From NCBI GenBank assembly GCA_964575265.1, contig CAZNPD010000002.1, positions 196,367-260,366 on the forward strand: DNA of 64,000 nt. Reading direction: 5' to 3'. Shown here one piece after another: positions 28,827 through 39,566 of this stretch (position 1 is the first letter of the stretch; each line of letters begins with the position of its first letter). Under the pieces are notes generated by a model. It saw only the letters and a program-made list of their open reading frames with translations. It made no database searches and was not told the DNA's origin. The DNA is from an uncultured Pseudomonadota bacterium (lineage in GTDB: Bacteria; Babelota; Babeliae; Babelales; Vermiphilaceae). A program made the position numbers and the translations under genes.

Positions 28827-30146
28827 ATGAGTAAAGGATCATTACCATCTGTTGTTATTGTTGGTCGTACCAATGTAGGTAAATCAACGTTATTCAATCG
28901 ATTGTCTGTCAATATTAAAGCAATAACACTTGAACAAGAACATGTAACTCGTGACGTTATTAAAGATGTTATTGAATGGCAAGGAAAACAATTTGAGCTT
29001 GTGGATACTGGTGGTATCAGCTTAAGAAAGACATCAGATCCATTGTTAGCGCAAGCACGTGAACGAGCATTAACATGCATAGAACATGCAAGTATTATCT
29101 TGTTCGTATGCGATGGTACAATAGGTATCACGCAAGAAGATCAAGATATTGCTCGAATTATTCGAAAGAAATCTCTTAAAACAGCACTTATTGTCAATAA
29201 AGCCGATACAAAATTATTTGATGAACATATTCACGAATTTGATCGCTTAGGATTTGATCATATCTTTGGCATCTCTGCTCAACATGGTAAAGGTATGAGT
29301 GATGTTTTAGAATTCATTGTTAATCATATTGAACAACCACATGCAAAGCACATAGAAGATCCTGCATGTAAAGTTGTTTTACTGGGAAAACCGAACGTTG
29401 GCAAATCATCATTGCTCAATGCACTCATTAAACATGATCGTGCAATTGTTTCAGATATTCCAGGGACCACTCGCGAAGCATTAAGTGAGCGAATTCGCTT
29501 TTATCAAGAAGATATCATTCTTACTGACACACCTGGTATTCGTAAAAAGCGTGCTGTCACTGACACACTTGAAACCATGATGGTTAAATCTTCAATGCAT
29601 GCATTAGAAGATGCTAACATTGTATTATTGCTTATTGATGTCTCTGAGGGTCGAATTGCTGATCAAGAATTAAAACTTGCGTTTTATGCATTCAAAGAAC
29701 GATACAAATCTCTTATCATTCTCTTTAATAAACAGGATTTAATTACCGATCAGAGTAAATATGAGATGGAACAAAGTCTTTCTGAATATGAACATTTACT
29801 AAAGAATATTCCACAACTTTCAATCTCATGTAAAACGGGAAAGAATGTTGGTAAAATCATGTCATTAATTGACGAAACATGGCAACGATACTCTCAGACT
29901 CTTTCGGACGAAGAGATCACTATGGCCATAAAGAATGCTATGAATCGCTCCCATCTCTATAAATTTGGTCATGAGTTGCATGTATATAGTGCTCGTCAAG
30001 TAGGAACCGCTCCTGTTACTATCGTATTACGTGTAAACAATCCACTCTATTTTGATGATAGCACAATAGGGTTCTTTGATAATGTATTACGCAAGAATTT
30101 CAATATGCTAGGAACTCCCATTCGTTTTTTAATACGTAAAAAATAG
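28827..30146 (+). CDS. der: ribosome-biogenesis GTPase Der/EngA
   Basis: Two G domains (GRTNVGKSTL...DTGG...NKAD and GKPNVGKSSL...DTPG...NKQD) plus a KH-like C-terminus. Ends in TAG. Confidence 0.9.
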   Translation: MSKGSLPSVVIVGRTNVGKSTLFNRLSVNIKAITLEQEHVTRDVIKDVIEWQGKQFELVDTGGISLRKTSDPLLAQARERALTCIEHASIILFVCDGTIGITQEDQDIARIIRKKSLKTALIVNKADTKLFDEHIHEFDRLGFDHIFGISAQHGKGMSDVLEFIVNHIEQPHAKHIEDPACKVVLLGKPNVGKSSLLNALIKHDRAIVSDIPGTTREALSERIRFYQEDIILTDTPGIRKKRAVTDTLETMMVKSSMHALEDANIVLLLIDVSEGRIADQELKLAFYAFKERYKSLIILFNKQDLITDQSKYEMEQSLSEYEHLLKNIPQLSISCKTGKNVGKIMSLIDETWQRYSQTLSDEEITMAIKNAMNRSHLYKFGHELHVYSARQVGTAPVTIVLRVNNPLYFDDSTIGFFDNVLRKNFNMLGTPIRFLIRKK

Positions 30147-30205
30147 CCTCATATTTTGCAACAGATGCTCAATATTTCATAATCAATGTATGGGTTGGAT
30201 TTTTA

Positions 30206-33070
30206 GTGAATAGATATCATTGCCTACTCGAGAGAGTGCTGGGCAAAGAAATAATTATTGCTACACTAACCATATGGTCTGGAATAGTCTGCACATCTAC
30301 AATTCACAAAAAGTATTCCGACTATACTACTATACAAACTTCCAACCGTAAGGATGTTACCGTGGACAATACTAAGAAAAGACTCTTTATTATAGATGGC
30401 AGCTCTTTTTTATATCGTGCATATTACAGTCTTAAGCCATTACACACTCCACAAGGAGAACCCATCCAAGCAGTCTATAGTTTTTGTCGTATGCTCAAAA
30501 AATTGATCGATTCTCTTAATCCTCAATACATGATTGTTGCATGGGACAGCAAGGGAAAGACTACGCGTCATACCATGTATGAAGAATATAAAGCCACACG
30601 TCAAGCTCCTCCAAGTGACCTCTTTATGCAGAAAAATAATATTGTAGAGTTTCTCGATAATATCAAACTTAAGCAAGTTGCTCGTGAGGGCGTAGAAGCT
30701 GATGATCTCATATACTCTCTTGCAATCGATTTTGAAAAAGAGGGATACCATGTTGTTATGGTAACATCTGATAAAGATATGGGGCAAGCTTTGAGTGACA
30801 ATATAACAATGTATGATCCTTTCAAAGATGTTATGATTGATCAACTATCATTTGCTAATAAAATGGGATTTCCTACTGAAAAATTACCCTTTTATTTCTC
30901 ACTATTAGGTGATAGCTCTGATAATATTCCAGGAGTGAGAGGAATTGGAGAAAAGACAGCAACGGAAATAGTCCAACAATTTGCATCACTCGACGATTTA
31001 TATGCGCGTATTCATCTCATTAATAAAGCGCGCATTAGCAACGCACTTCTCGAGCAAAAAGATAATGCCTATCTCAGTCTTAAACTATTTCTACTCCAGT
31101 ACATTCCACTTGCCATTACCGAAAAAGATGTCACATTCCAAAAAGAAGACTGGTCGTTGGCATTCGATTTCTTTAAGAAATTCAACTTTAAAAGCTTTCT
31201 GAGTAATGCTCAGACACAAACAACACACATGAGTGCTGAAGAAAAAATCATCCAATTAAAAAAAGTCGATTTTGTTACGGTCACTAATAAAACAATCCTC
31301 AATCAATTGATAGCTGACCTTAAGCAGACTCGCATCTGTGCAATTGATACTGAAGGAGATGCACTCAATCCTCTTACGACTAATCTTGTAGGAATCTCTA
31401 TCAGCATGGATGGGAAAAGAGCTTATTATATTCCATGTCACCACAAGACTGGAGAAGAGCAGCTTCCATCACAAGAAATTTTCAAATCACTTGCTCCCTA
31501 TTTAGAAGATCCGACATATAAAAAGTATATGCATCACGCTAAGTTTGATCTTTTAGTTCTTAGATCACATGGATACATTATCAATGGACTGGTATTTGAT
31601 ACGTTAATTGCAGCAAGTCTATTGGTTAAAGATTGGCAACGTGCAGGATTAAAATATCTCTCTGAGCAATATCTTAATGAGGAGATGCTCTCCTTTAAAG
31701 ACGTTGTTACCGATCATAAATTACCCAATTTTTCATATGTACCACTTGAAATAGCTACTTATTATGCTGCAAATGATGCTCGTCAAACATATCGGCTTGT
31801 TAGCCTATTAGAGAAACAACTACATGATGAGCAGATGACACGACTCTATGAAAAAATAGAATTCCCTCTTGTGCAAATACTGACCGATATGGAACAAGCT
31901 GGTATCTTTATTGATGTTCCTCTATTGCAAAAGATCAGTAAAGAACTTGATCATGATTTAACACTTATCTCAGATCAAATACGAGGCTTTTTACCAGAAG
32001 AACAACGCAATATCAATATAAATTCTCCACGACAGGTTGAGATTGCACTATTTGAAACATTAAAACTTCCACCAAAGAAGAAGAGTGCAAAAGGAAGTGG
32101 ATATTCCACTGACCAAAAAGTTCTCTCTGAGTTAGCAGAAATACATCCCGTTCCGGGTCTTATTCTTAAATATCGTGAGTTATTCAAACTCAAAAGTACA
32201 TACGTTGATGCATTGCCATCATATGTTAATATGCATACGGGTAAAATCCATACTACCTATTCTCAAATATCAGTTGCAACAGGCCGTCTAGCAAGCTCAG
32301 AACCAAATTTGCAAAATATTCCTTCTTCAGGATATGGACTCACTATTCGTGAAGCATTCAAACCCGATCCTGGATATTGCTTTTTATCTGCTGACTATTC
32401 GCAAATAGAACTTCGCATACTTGCCTATCTTTCTCAAGACAAAGCACTTAAAGAGGCATTTTTATCTGGACAAGATATTCACTCTCAAACCGCTGCCCGT
32501 CTCTTTGACGTTGCTCCTGAATTAGTCAGCCATGAACAGCGGCAAATTGGTAAACGTATTAATTTTAGTATTTTATACGGATTGACACCCTATGGATTAT
32601 CAAAGGATCTTGGCATTCCATTCAAAGATGCAAAAATATATATTGACCGTTACTTTGCACAATATCCCGAGGTAAAACAATGGATGGACAATATTGTAGC
32701 AAAGACAGAGAAAGATGGTTATATAACCACTCTTTGGGGACGTCGTCGTTATATTCCTGGCATTTATGAAAAGAACCATTCATTGTATGAGGAGGCAAAG
32801 CGGATTGCTATTAATACCGTAGCACAAGGAACTGCTTCAGAGATCATGAAGCAGGGAATGATTGCCCTTCACGACTTCTTCAAAAAGGAGTCCATTAATG
32901 CACATATCATCTTACAAATACATGACGAACTCGTTATTGCAGTTAAACAAGAAGATGCACTTATTGTAAAGAATCATGTTAAGCAGATCCTCGAGCATAT
33001 CGTCGATTGGAACATTCCTCTAGAGGTCTCAACAAAAATAGGAAATACATGGCTCGAAGTATCCAAGTAA
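30206..33070 (+). CDS. polA: DNA polymerase I
   Basis: 5' nuclease IIDGSSFLYRAYY, 3'-5' exonuclease AIDTEGD, polymerase motifs LSADYSQIELRILA, RQIGKRINFSILYG, LQIHDELV. The track start is a GTG at 30206. An in-frame GTG at 30362 with AAGGA 7 nt upstream would give the usual short N-terminus, so the start is uncertain. Confidence 0.9.
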   Translation: MNRYHCLLERVLGKEIIIATLTIWSGIVCTSTIHKKYSDYTTIQTSNRKDVTVDNTKKRLFIIDGSSFLYRAYYSLKPLHTPQGEPIQAVYSFCRMLKKLIDSLNPQYMIVAWDSKGKTTRHTMYEEYKATRQAPPSDLFMQKNNIVEFLDNIKLKQVAREGVEADDLIYSLAIDFEKEGYHVVMVTSDKDMGQALSDNITMYDPFKDVMIDQLSFANKMGFPTEKLPFYFSLLGDSSDNIPGVRGIGEKTATEIVQQFASLDDLYARIHLINKARISNALLEQKDNAYLSLKLFLLQYIPLAITEKDVTFQKEDWSLAFDFFKKFNFKSFLSNAQTQTTHMSAEEKIIQLKKVDFVTVTNKTILNQLIADLKQTRICAIDTEGDALNPLTTNLVGISISMDGKRAYYIPCHHKTGEEQLPSQEIFKSLAPYLEDPTYKKYMHHAKFDLLVLRSHGYIINGLVFDTLIAASLLVKDWQRAGLKYLSEQYLNEEMLSFKDVVTDHKLPNFSYVPLEIATYYAANDARQTYRLVSLLEKQLHDEQMTRLYEKIEFPLVQILTDMEQAGIFIDVPLLQKISKELDHDLTLISDQIRGFLPEEQRNININSPRQVEIALFETLKLPPKKKSAKGSGYSTDQKVLSELAEIHPVPGLILKYRELFKLKSTYVDALPSYVNMHTGKIHTTYSQISVATGRLASSEPNLQNIPSSGYGLTIREAFKPDPGYCFLSADYSQIELRILAYLSQDKALKEAFLSGQDIHSQTAARLFDVAPELVSHEQRQIGKRINFSILYGLTPYGLSKDLGIPFKDAKIYIDRYFAQYPEVKQWMDNIVAKTEKDGYITTLWGRRRYIPGIYEKNHSLYEEAKRIAINTVAQGTASEIMKQGMIALHDFFKKESINAHIILQIHDELVIAVKQEDALIVKNHVKQILEHIVDWNIPLEVSTKIGNTWLEVSK

Positions 33071-33082
33071 CGTGAGACTCAG

Positions 33083-33111
33083 TTGACATTTTCTTGGGTA
33101 TCTGGGATACT
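33083..33111 (+). promoter_or_regulatory. candidate sigma-70-like promoter upstream of rpmA
   Basis: TTGACA, a 17-nt spacer, then GATACT, about 100 nt upstream of the L27 start. Sequence match only. Confidence 0.35.
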
Positions 33112-33213
33112 ATGCCTATCTAGCACGTACTAGATAATCTATTCTAGACGAATAAAGATAGTCAAAAGCCTAAAAATATAAATATCGCATATACAACATA
33201 AAGGAAATCTCCC

Positions 33214-33471
33214 ATGGCAACCAGTAAATCCGGTGGGTCAACTCAAAACGGTCGTGATTCTCATAGCAAACGATTGGGCATAAAGCTCTTTGATGGTCAA
33301 GAAGTATTTGGTGGAGAAATTATTGTACGTCAACGTGGAACACGTGTAAACGCTGGGAAGCAAGTTGGCCGTGGCAGTGATGATACTCTATTTGCTACTG
33401 GCTCTGGATATATTAAATTCCATTTTGGGCCAAAAGGACGTAAGTACGTATCGGTTGTTCCAAAAAACTAA
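33214..33471 (+). CDS. rpmA: 50S ribosomal protein L27
   Basis: [21 protein letters not shown]...[10 protein letters not shown]...AG.NVGRG.DDTLFA is typical of L27. Confidence 0.9.
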   Translation: MATSKSGGSTQNGRDSHSKRLGIKLFDGQEVFGGEIIVRQRGTRVNAGKQVGRGSDDTLFATGSGYIKFHFGPKGRKYVSVVPKN

Positions 33472-33522
33472 CGTAGTCAATCATTTTTCAATGAATTTAT
33501 TTTATATTTTCGGAGAGTGTTC

Positions 33523-34485
33523 ATGATAGATGTATTGAGGTATCGCGGTATCACGTTAGTAATATCTTTAGCCATTATTTTTGGAACTATTGGATATTCA
33601 CTCTATCTTTATTCTATGCGTGGATATGTATTTAATTATAGCGTAGATTTCACGGGTGGATCACAAATATTGCTTAAGTTTGATCAACCGGTAGCAGCAA
33701 GCCAAATAAGAGAGGCTGTTGAAAAAGAGGGTTGGGGAACTCCGCTTATTCGTGAATTTGAAAATAACGAAGTCCTTGTGCGTATTAAAGAATTTTCGCG
33801 AGATGTTACTGCATTGTCTGCAAAGATCAGTAGTGCTTTACAGGCTATAAAACCAAACTTATCTGTTAGCGTACTTCAAAATGAAGCCGTTAGCGCCGGA
33901 GTTGGTGATTCGCTAAAAATGAGATCATTATCTGCTATCTTACTTGGATTGCTTGCTATGGTTCTCTATATTGCATTTCGATTTAGGTCGACTGCATTCG
34001 CCGTAGGAACGGTCATTTCTTTGATACACGATGCAATTGTTGTACTTGCTGCATTTATGATATTAGATCGTGAAATATCTACTAACTTCATTGATGCAAT
34101 GCTTATGACGCTTGGATATTCGATTAATGACACGATTGTTATCTTCTCGCAAATTCGAGATAACTTAAAAAAGATGTCTCATGCATCACTTGAAGAGGTG
34201 GTTACTCTCAGTATCAATCAAACACTTCGCCGTAGTATTTTAACCAGTGCTGCAACAGCTATGACTGTAGCTGCTATGCTTCTTCTTGGTGGGGAAGCGT
34301 TGCGTGATCTATCATTAGCTCTATTAATTGGTATTGTATTTGGTACTTATTCTTCAATCTATATCGCCAGCCCAGCCATGATGCTTCTCTATTCAAAAAA
34401 AGAAGATGATGATGAGGTGCGTTATACTAAAGATCACGATGAATCTTTGACGCATCGTGGACAAGCAAAAAAAATTGCACATTAA
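33523..34485 (+). CDS. secF: protein translocase subunit SecF
   Basis: DFTGGSQILLKF and the TM bundle with YSINDTIVIF. First ATG is at 33523; the track start is a GTG at 33517. No adjacent secD. Confidence 0.85.
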   Translation: MIDVLRYRGITLVISLAIIFGTIGYSLYLYSMRGYVFNYSVDFTGGSQILLKFDQPVAASQIREAVEKEGWGTPLIREFENNEVLVRIKEFSRDVTALSAKISSALQAIKPNLSVSVLQNEAVSAGVGDSLKMRSLSAILLGLLAMVLYIAFRFRSTAFAVGTVISLIHDAIVVLAAFMILDREISTNFIDAMLMTLGYSINDTIVIFSQIRDNLKKMSHASLEEVVTLSINQTLRRSILTSAATAMTVAAMLLLGGEALRDLSLALLIGIVFGTYSSIYIASPAMMLLYSKKEDDDEVRYTKDHDESLTHRGQAKKIAH

Positions 34486-34491
34486 AAAAAT

Positions 34492-34531
34492 TTTATGAGG
34501 TAAGATTTAACAAAGAATCTTACCTCATAAA
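34492..34531 (+). terminator. long hairpin after secF
   Basis: TTTATGAGGTAAGATT / AATCTTACCTCATAAA 16-bp perfect stem flanked by A/T runs. Confidence 0.65.
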
Positions 34532-34788
34532 AAATTTCCCTTGAAATATTCTCGTTACCCATAGATATCTCTATGCTCGTAACATATGAAATAAATTTGA
34601 TATTTTTTGTTCGATGATCAAGAAAACAATAATAAATTCTATTCAATAAACAGATAAATGTATGTCCCATCTATATGATTGTGAGTACTATGTGTAGTGC
34701 TATATCTTTGCTATTCATAATCATATTGTTATAAAGGAGTTTGCATGAATATGCATGCCAACAAAAGGTATTGTCAGGGGAGATTGTA

Positions 34789-36483
34789 ATGTTTGAAAAT
34801 GATACTAAACATGAAGATGTAGTACAATCAAATAATGATACTACACAAAAGCAGGAAAAACCTGTGACATCTTCAAATAATCGAACTGTTGCTTCTGCAA
34901 GAAAACATGAGTCTTCTGATAAAGCGCCGGTAACAACAAAAGCACATGCACGCACTCGAACAAAATCGAGTGATAAGCAAGCTGCTGCGCCTACTCCATC
35001 AGTAGCTCCTACTGTTGATCCCGAACTTACTCCTGTATCAGTTGCAGAGTCATCGACCTCTACGCAAACAGCTCATGCTCAAACTCAACAAAAGGAATCT
35101 TCTTCTAAGCAATCAACCTATCAACATCAGCCTTCTCATCATAGACATTATGATAAACAGAGAGATCATCGTTACCAGCATAATGATCATCGAGAGCAAT
35201 CAAAGAGAAGTGTCGATGATTTATCCTTAACTGAGCTTAATCAGTATGCACGACGACTCGGTATTGTTGGTAGTGGTCTCATGTCTAAAGATAAGTTAAT
35301 CGAAAAAATTAAATATGTTGAATCACATCCTGATATTGAACTTGAAGTAGTAGGCGTTTTAGAAAAACTACCAGATGGCTTCGGATTCCTTAGATCCGCA
35401 GATTATGATTATGTAACAAGTCCTGATGATGTTTATGTATCTCCATCACAAATTCGTCGTTTCAACTTACGTACTGGCGATACTATATCAGGCGTTATTC
35501 GCAAACCAAAAGATGGTGAAAAATATTTTGCATTGCTCAAAATTAATAACGTAAATGATGACAATCCTGCAACAACTAGCGATCGTCCTCACTTTGACCG
35601 TTTAACACCAACGCACCCTCATAAAAAGTTTATATTAGAAGTTGATCCTACTGCTATAGCAACGCGTATTATGGATCTCTTCACCCCTATAGGAAGAGGT
35701 CAACGTGGGCTTATTGTTGCTCCTCCAAAAGTAGGTAAAACTATCTTACTTAAAGAAATTGTTCAGAGCATTATTAAGGGAAGTCCTGAGGCTCATTTGA
35801 TTATTCTTCTTGTTGATGAGCGACCTGAAGAAGTTGCTGATATGCGAAGAACAGTTAAAGGAACAAGTGCGCAAGTTATTAGCTCAACTTTTGATGAACC
35901 AGCTGAACGTCACGTACAAGTTGCTGAAATAGTACTTGAAAAAGCAAAACGCTTGGTTGAATCAGGAAAAGATGTTGTCATTATTCTCGATTCTCTCACT
36001 CGTCTTGCTCGTGCATATAATACCAATGCTCCTGCATCAGGAAAAGTATTAACTGGTGGTATTGATGCTCATGCATTACAGTGGCCAAAACGATTCTTCG
36101 GGGCTGCTCGTGCAACTGAAGAGAGCGGATCTCTTACGATTATAGCGTCTGCATTAGTAGATACCGGATCTCGTATGGATGAAGTAATTTACGAAGAGTT
36201 TAAAGGAACTGGTAATATGGAAATGCATATGACCAGAAAACTCTCTAATCGTAGAACATTCCCAGCATTTGACATTCCAGTATCCGGAACCCGTCGTGAT
36301 GATCTCCTTCAGACTGAAGAAGATCTTAATCGTGTTTGGATTCTACAAAAGTTCCTTGCTACTATGAATACCATAGAAGGAATGGAATTCTTAATTGATA
36401 AGATGAAGAAAACGAAAACAAACCGCGAATTCCTGGAATCAATTAATAAAAAAACTGGATCTAGCAATCCAACATCAGCTTAA
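34789..36483 (+). CDS. rho: transcription termination factor Rho with ~145-aa N-terminal low-complexity extension
   Basis: Rho_[19 protein letters not shown]-like GFGFLR, Walker [27 protein letters not shown]. Start placed at the ATG at 34789 with GGGGAGA upstream. Confidence 0.9.
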   Translation: MFENDTKHEDVVQSNNDTTQKQEKPVTSSNNRTVASARKHESSDKAPVTTKAHARTRTKSSDKQAAAPTPSVAPTVDPELTPVSVAESSTSTQTAHAQTQQKESSSKQSTYQHQPSHHRHYDKQRDHRYQHNDHREQSKRSVDDLSLTELNQYARRLGIVGSGLMSKDKLIEKIKYVESHPDIELEVVGVLEKLPDGFGFLRSADYDYVTSPDDVYVSPSQIRRFNLRTGDTISGVIRKPKDGEKYFALLKINNVNDDNPATTSDRPHFDRLTPTHPHKKFILEVDPTAIATRIMDLFTPIGRGQRGLIVAPPKVGKTILLKEIVQSIIKGSPEAHLIILLVDERPEEVADMRRTVKGTSAQVISSTFDEPAERHVQVAEIVLEKAKRLVESGKDVVIILDSLTRLARAYNTNAPASGKVLTGGIDAHALQWPKRFFGAARATEESGSLTIIASALVDTGSRMDEVIYEEFKGTGNMEMHMTRKLSNRRTFPAFDIPVSGTRRDDLLQTEEDLNRVWILQKFLATMNTIEGMEFLIDKMKKTKTNREFLESINKKTGSSNPTSA

Positions 36484-36506
36484 AAAAATAGTAATATATC
36501 TAGACA

Positions 36507-36542
36507 AAAGAGAGACGATCTAAATTGATCGTCTCTCTTTTT
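36507..36542. terminator. bidirectional terminator between rho and tsaD
   Basis: AAAGAGAGACGATC / GATCGTCTCTCTTT 14-bp perfect stem with T-runs or A-runs on both sides. Confidence 0.8.
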
Positions 36543-36563
36543 ATATCTTCTATTGAAATTTAC

Positions 36564-37589
36564 TTATCTCAAAATATCAAGTTCCCATGTTGCAAATTCT
36601 TGCCTGCGAGCTTTATATGACCCTACAAATGCAATCATCGCACCATTATCTGTACAATAGGCAGCCGATGGAACATAAAGCGGAATATGGTGCTTATCCG
36701 CAAGTCTCTCTAAACGACTTCTAATATACTTATTACAAGCAACACCTCCAACAAACGTAAGTGCTTTAACATCAGAATAGTTTTTTAACGTTTTGGATAA
36801 TCGCTCTTCAAAGATATCTGCTATACAGACTAAAAATGAGCTTGCTACCCTGTTTTTAAATGTATCGTCAGTGCACAACAGCCTTTTTGTTGTCATATCA
36901 TATGCGTTTCGCTTTACTGCATCGTACATTACAGCTGTCTTAAGACCTGAGAAACTAAAATCGTACATGCCATACTTTGCGCGCGGATAATGAAAAAAAT
37001 CTTCGTAATTACAAGATGCTGCTCGCTTTTCTATGATTGGCCCACCGGGATATCCCAAATCAAGAAGCTTCGCTACCTTATCAAATGCTTCTCCCGCTGC
37101 ATCGTCAACAGTCTGTCCTATAAGTTCAAAGTCTCCAAATCCGCGTACAATATAGAGACTTGTATGACCGCCAGATGCCGTTAAGCATACGTGAGGAAAC
37201 GGAACTGCGTGCTCAAGAAATGATGAGAATATATGCCCTTCATGATGGTTAATTCCAATCAATTTTTTGTTATAAGACCATGCAAGGGCTTTGGCAAAAC
37301 AGACACCTACTAACAATGAACCCGGAAGTCCTGGCTTATGCGTCACTGCAATCACATCAATTGAGGGCAATGCTATGCCTGCTTTTTCAAGTGCTGCATC
37401 AACAATAGGAGTTATCTTCTCTAATTGTGATCGTGATGCAATTTCAGGAATTACTCCTCCAAATGTCTTATGTATAGCCATTTGAGAGTATAGCACATTT
37501 GACAATAATCCTTTTTCTTGATGATAGAGCGCTGCGCCTGTTTCATCGCATGATGTTTCAATTCCTAAGATGAGTTGTCCAGTATTCAT
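36564..37589 (-). CDS. tsaD: tRNA N6-adenosine threonylcarbamoyltransferase TsaD
   Basis: LGIETSCDETGAAL, metal-binding HHEGH, SGGHT, GGVACN, YCTDNGAMIA. Confidence 0.9.
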   Translation of the reverse strand: MNTGQLILGIETSCDETGAALYHQEKGLLSNVLYSQMAIHKTFGGVIPEIASRSQLEKITPIVDAALEKAGIALPSIDVIAVTHKPGLPGSLLVGVCFAKALAWSYNKKLIGINHHEGHIFSSFLEHAVPFPHVCLTASGGHTSLYIVRGFGDFELIGQTVDDAAGEAFDKVAKLLDLGYPGGPIIEKRAASCNYEDFFHYPRAKYGMYDFSFSGLKTAVMYDAVKRNAYDMTTKRLLCTDDTFKNRVASSFLVCIADIFEERLSKTLKNYSDVKALTFVGGVACNKYIRSRLERLADKHHIPLYVPSAAYCTDNGAMIAFVGSYKARRQEFATWELDILR

Positions 37590-37620
37590 GGCAAGAGATG
37601 TTCCTTATATTATCAAGATA

Positions 37621-38328
37621 TTATGCTGCCAATGCCACAAGTACTCGTTGTTTTTCGAATTTAACCATTGTCTCTTCAGGCGTATGAAGCGTATCCGCAT
37701 CTATAGATGCAATAATCATTGCAGCAGCAAGGTCTTGAAACTCTCTTTCTGACCCTGCAAGAACAACACTATCCTGTTTAAACAAAATAGTTGGTAGTTC
37801 AAATTCATTTTTTTCAACCATCGTATCGATAAAGATCGGATTATATCGAATGAAAATAGTATGATCTGGTATTCGCAAGTCAGTTATAGGCAACTGCTTT
37901 TCAACAATAGTCCACATCTGTTTTTTTACATTTTTATCATCTGTCACATTCGTATTATTATACGTCACTTCGAACAATTTGTAGGCTGTATTGGGAAGAA
38001 GTTTTTGGTATCTAACAACATATCCTTGCTCTACTTTATCGCACAACTCAAATCCTATATGCTCTGTAATGAGAACATAGAATTGATTCTGATCTACTAA
38101 CTTAGGAATATTGAATCGTATTTGATGACCAAGCTCATCAATTTCGCCTTTAATATGACGACCTCCACAATAAATGCGAATAGCTGGCATTTGTTGCAGA
38201 TTTTTTGGTAATTGTATGCATCCCATAATGATATTTTTTGGCAAAGCCATGGATGGAAAAGAGTTTGCTAAAAGTCCCAAAATGCTGAATACTAAAAAAT
38301 ACGTATATGTTCTATTTTTTTTACTCAT
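37621..38328 (-). CDS. hypothetical secreted protein
   Basis: Signal-like YTYFLVFSILGLLANSFPSMA and no known motif. Confidence 0.5.
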   Translation of the reverse strand: MSKKNRTYTYFLVFSILGLLANSFPSMALPKNIIMGCIQLPKNLQQMPAIRIYCGGRHIKGEIDELGHQIRFNIPKLVDQNQFYVLITEHIGFELCDKVEQGYVVRYQKLLPNTAYKLFEVTYNNTNVTDDKNVKKQMWTIVEKQLPITDLRIPDHTIFIRYNPIFIDTMVEKNEFELPTILFKQDSVVLAGSEREFQDLAAAMIIASIDADTLHTPEETMVKFEKQRVLVALAA

Positions 38329-38443
38329 ATATCACCTCTGTGCATACTCTATTTATACACTAGTTGTTTTTATTGTACGGTTAAATAAATCTAAAGTATA
38401 TATTTTTAAGAAGAGCACGGAGCATTATGAGGGATTTTTGATT

Positions 38444-38941
38444 ATGATATTCAAGAAACTATATGAGAAGTGTAAAGCGCTGCTTTCGAAAGAGACAGAT
38501 TATAAAAAATTAGCCCTTGCATGGAGCATGGCAATCTACATTGCACTCTGCCCGCTCATTGGCATTCATACAATTCTTGTATTTGTTCTTGCTCGCCTCT
38601 TTAGCATAAATACCGCGCTCTTTTTTACTATGTGCACTCTTATTCATAACCCATGGACTGCTGTACCCATTTATGGCTTTGATTATGCATTTGGCCAGTG
38701 GCTATTTGATCGTCTTGGCATTGATAGTATGCAATGGAATCCCACATGGATGGAATCAGTCAATGAATATATTAGTCACCATATTGGGATCAAAGGATTG
38801 TCGCTATGGGCCTTTTTTATTGGCGGTAATATTCTTGCACTATCAATTAGCCTTATCGTTTATCCCATCTTACGATACCTTCTTAGACGTCGAGCCGAAC
38901 GACGTGCTCTGCAGGAACGTACACAAGATCTTTTAGAATAG
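38444..38941 (+). CDS. DUF2062-like membrane protein
   Basis: Start moved to the ATG at 38444 to remove overlap with the divergent gene. LALAWSMAIYIALCPLIGIHTILVFVLARLFSINTALFF...IHNPWTAVPIY fits my recollection of the DUF2062 pattern. Confidence 0.55.
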   Translation: MIFKKLYEKCKALLSKETDYKKLALAWSMAIYIALCPLIGIHTILVFVLARLFSINTALFFTMCTLIHNPWTAVPIYGFDYAFGQWLFDRLGIDSMQWNPTWMESVNEYISHHIGIKGLSLWAFFIGGNILALSISLIVYPILRYLLRRRAERRALQERTQDLLE

Positions 38942-39040
38942 AAACGATAAATAACCTCTTGCTATTTTTTGCAAATGATAGCACAACAGGTTACACTACC
39001 CAATGTAACTCATATCATTTAATGTTGGATATACTATCTC

Positions 39041-39499
39041 ATGAAACTAATTGCACAAAACAAAAAAGCCTTTCATGACTATGTCATACTCGAGAAGCTC
39101 GAAGCTGGCCTTGTACTTACCGGCGATGAAGTTAAATCATTGCGAGCAGGACACGTCTCATTAGTTGGTGCATTTGCCAGTATTCATAGAGGTGAGCTTT
39201 ATCTCAATAATTGTCATATCACTCAATACGAACGCGCGTATACCAAATCAAAAGATGAGTCTACTCGTCACAGAAAGTTACTTGTACACCGTCGGGAGCT
39301 TATGAAACTTATTGGTGATATGTCTCGCAAAGGAATCACTATTGTTCCACTCAGCCTCTATTTTAATGAACGTAACAAAGTTAAGGTTTCTCTTGGTTTA
39401 GCAAAACATAAGAATGCTGCTAACCGAAAACAGGAATTGCGTGAACGTGATATCAAACGAGAAACACATCGTGTTTTACGCGGAAAATCGGATGACTAA
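39041..39499 (+). CDS. smpB: SsrA-binding protein SmpB
   Basis: IAQNKKAFHDY.ILEK.EAG..L.G.EVKSLR...VSL..A.. and the basic C-terminal tail. Confidence 0.9.
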   Translation: MKLIAQNKKAFHDYVILEKLEAGLVLTGDEVKSLRAGHVSLVGAFASIHRGELYLNNCHITQYERAYTKSKDESTRHRKLLVHRRELMKLIGDMSRKGITIVPLSLYFNERNKVKVSLGLAKHKNAANRKQELRERDIKRETHRVLRGKSDD

Positions 39500-39566
39500 C
39501 TAGCATCAATTCTCAGCTTCTAATATTAATTGATCACAACTTCTTGTAGATCTAAGACCTTTCGGG

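Noticed and set aside
38174-38443. Long 5' extension of the DUF2062-like ORF (track start 38174)
   Set aside because: The extension overlaps the 5' end of the divergent 37621..38328 gene on the opposite strand and adds non-conserved sequence. The internal ATG at 38444 begins directly before the conserved membrane domain.
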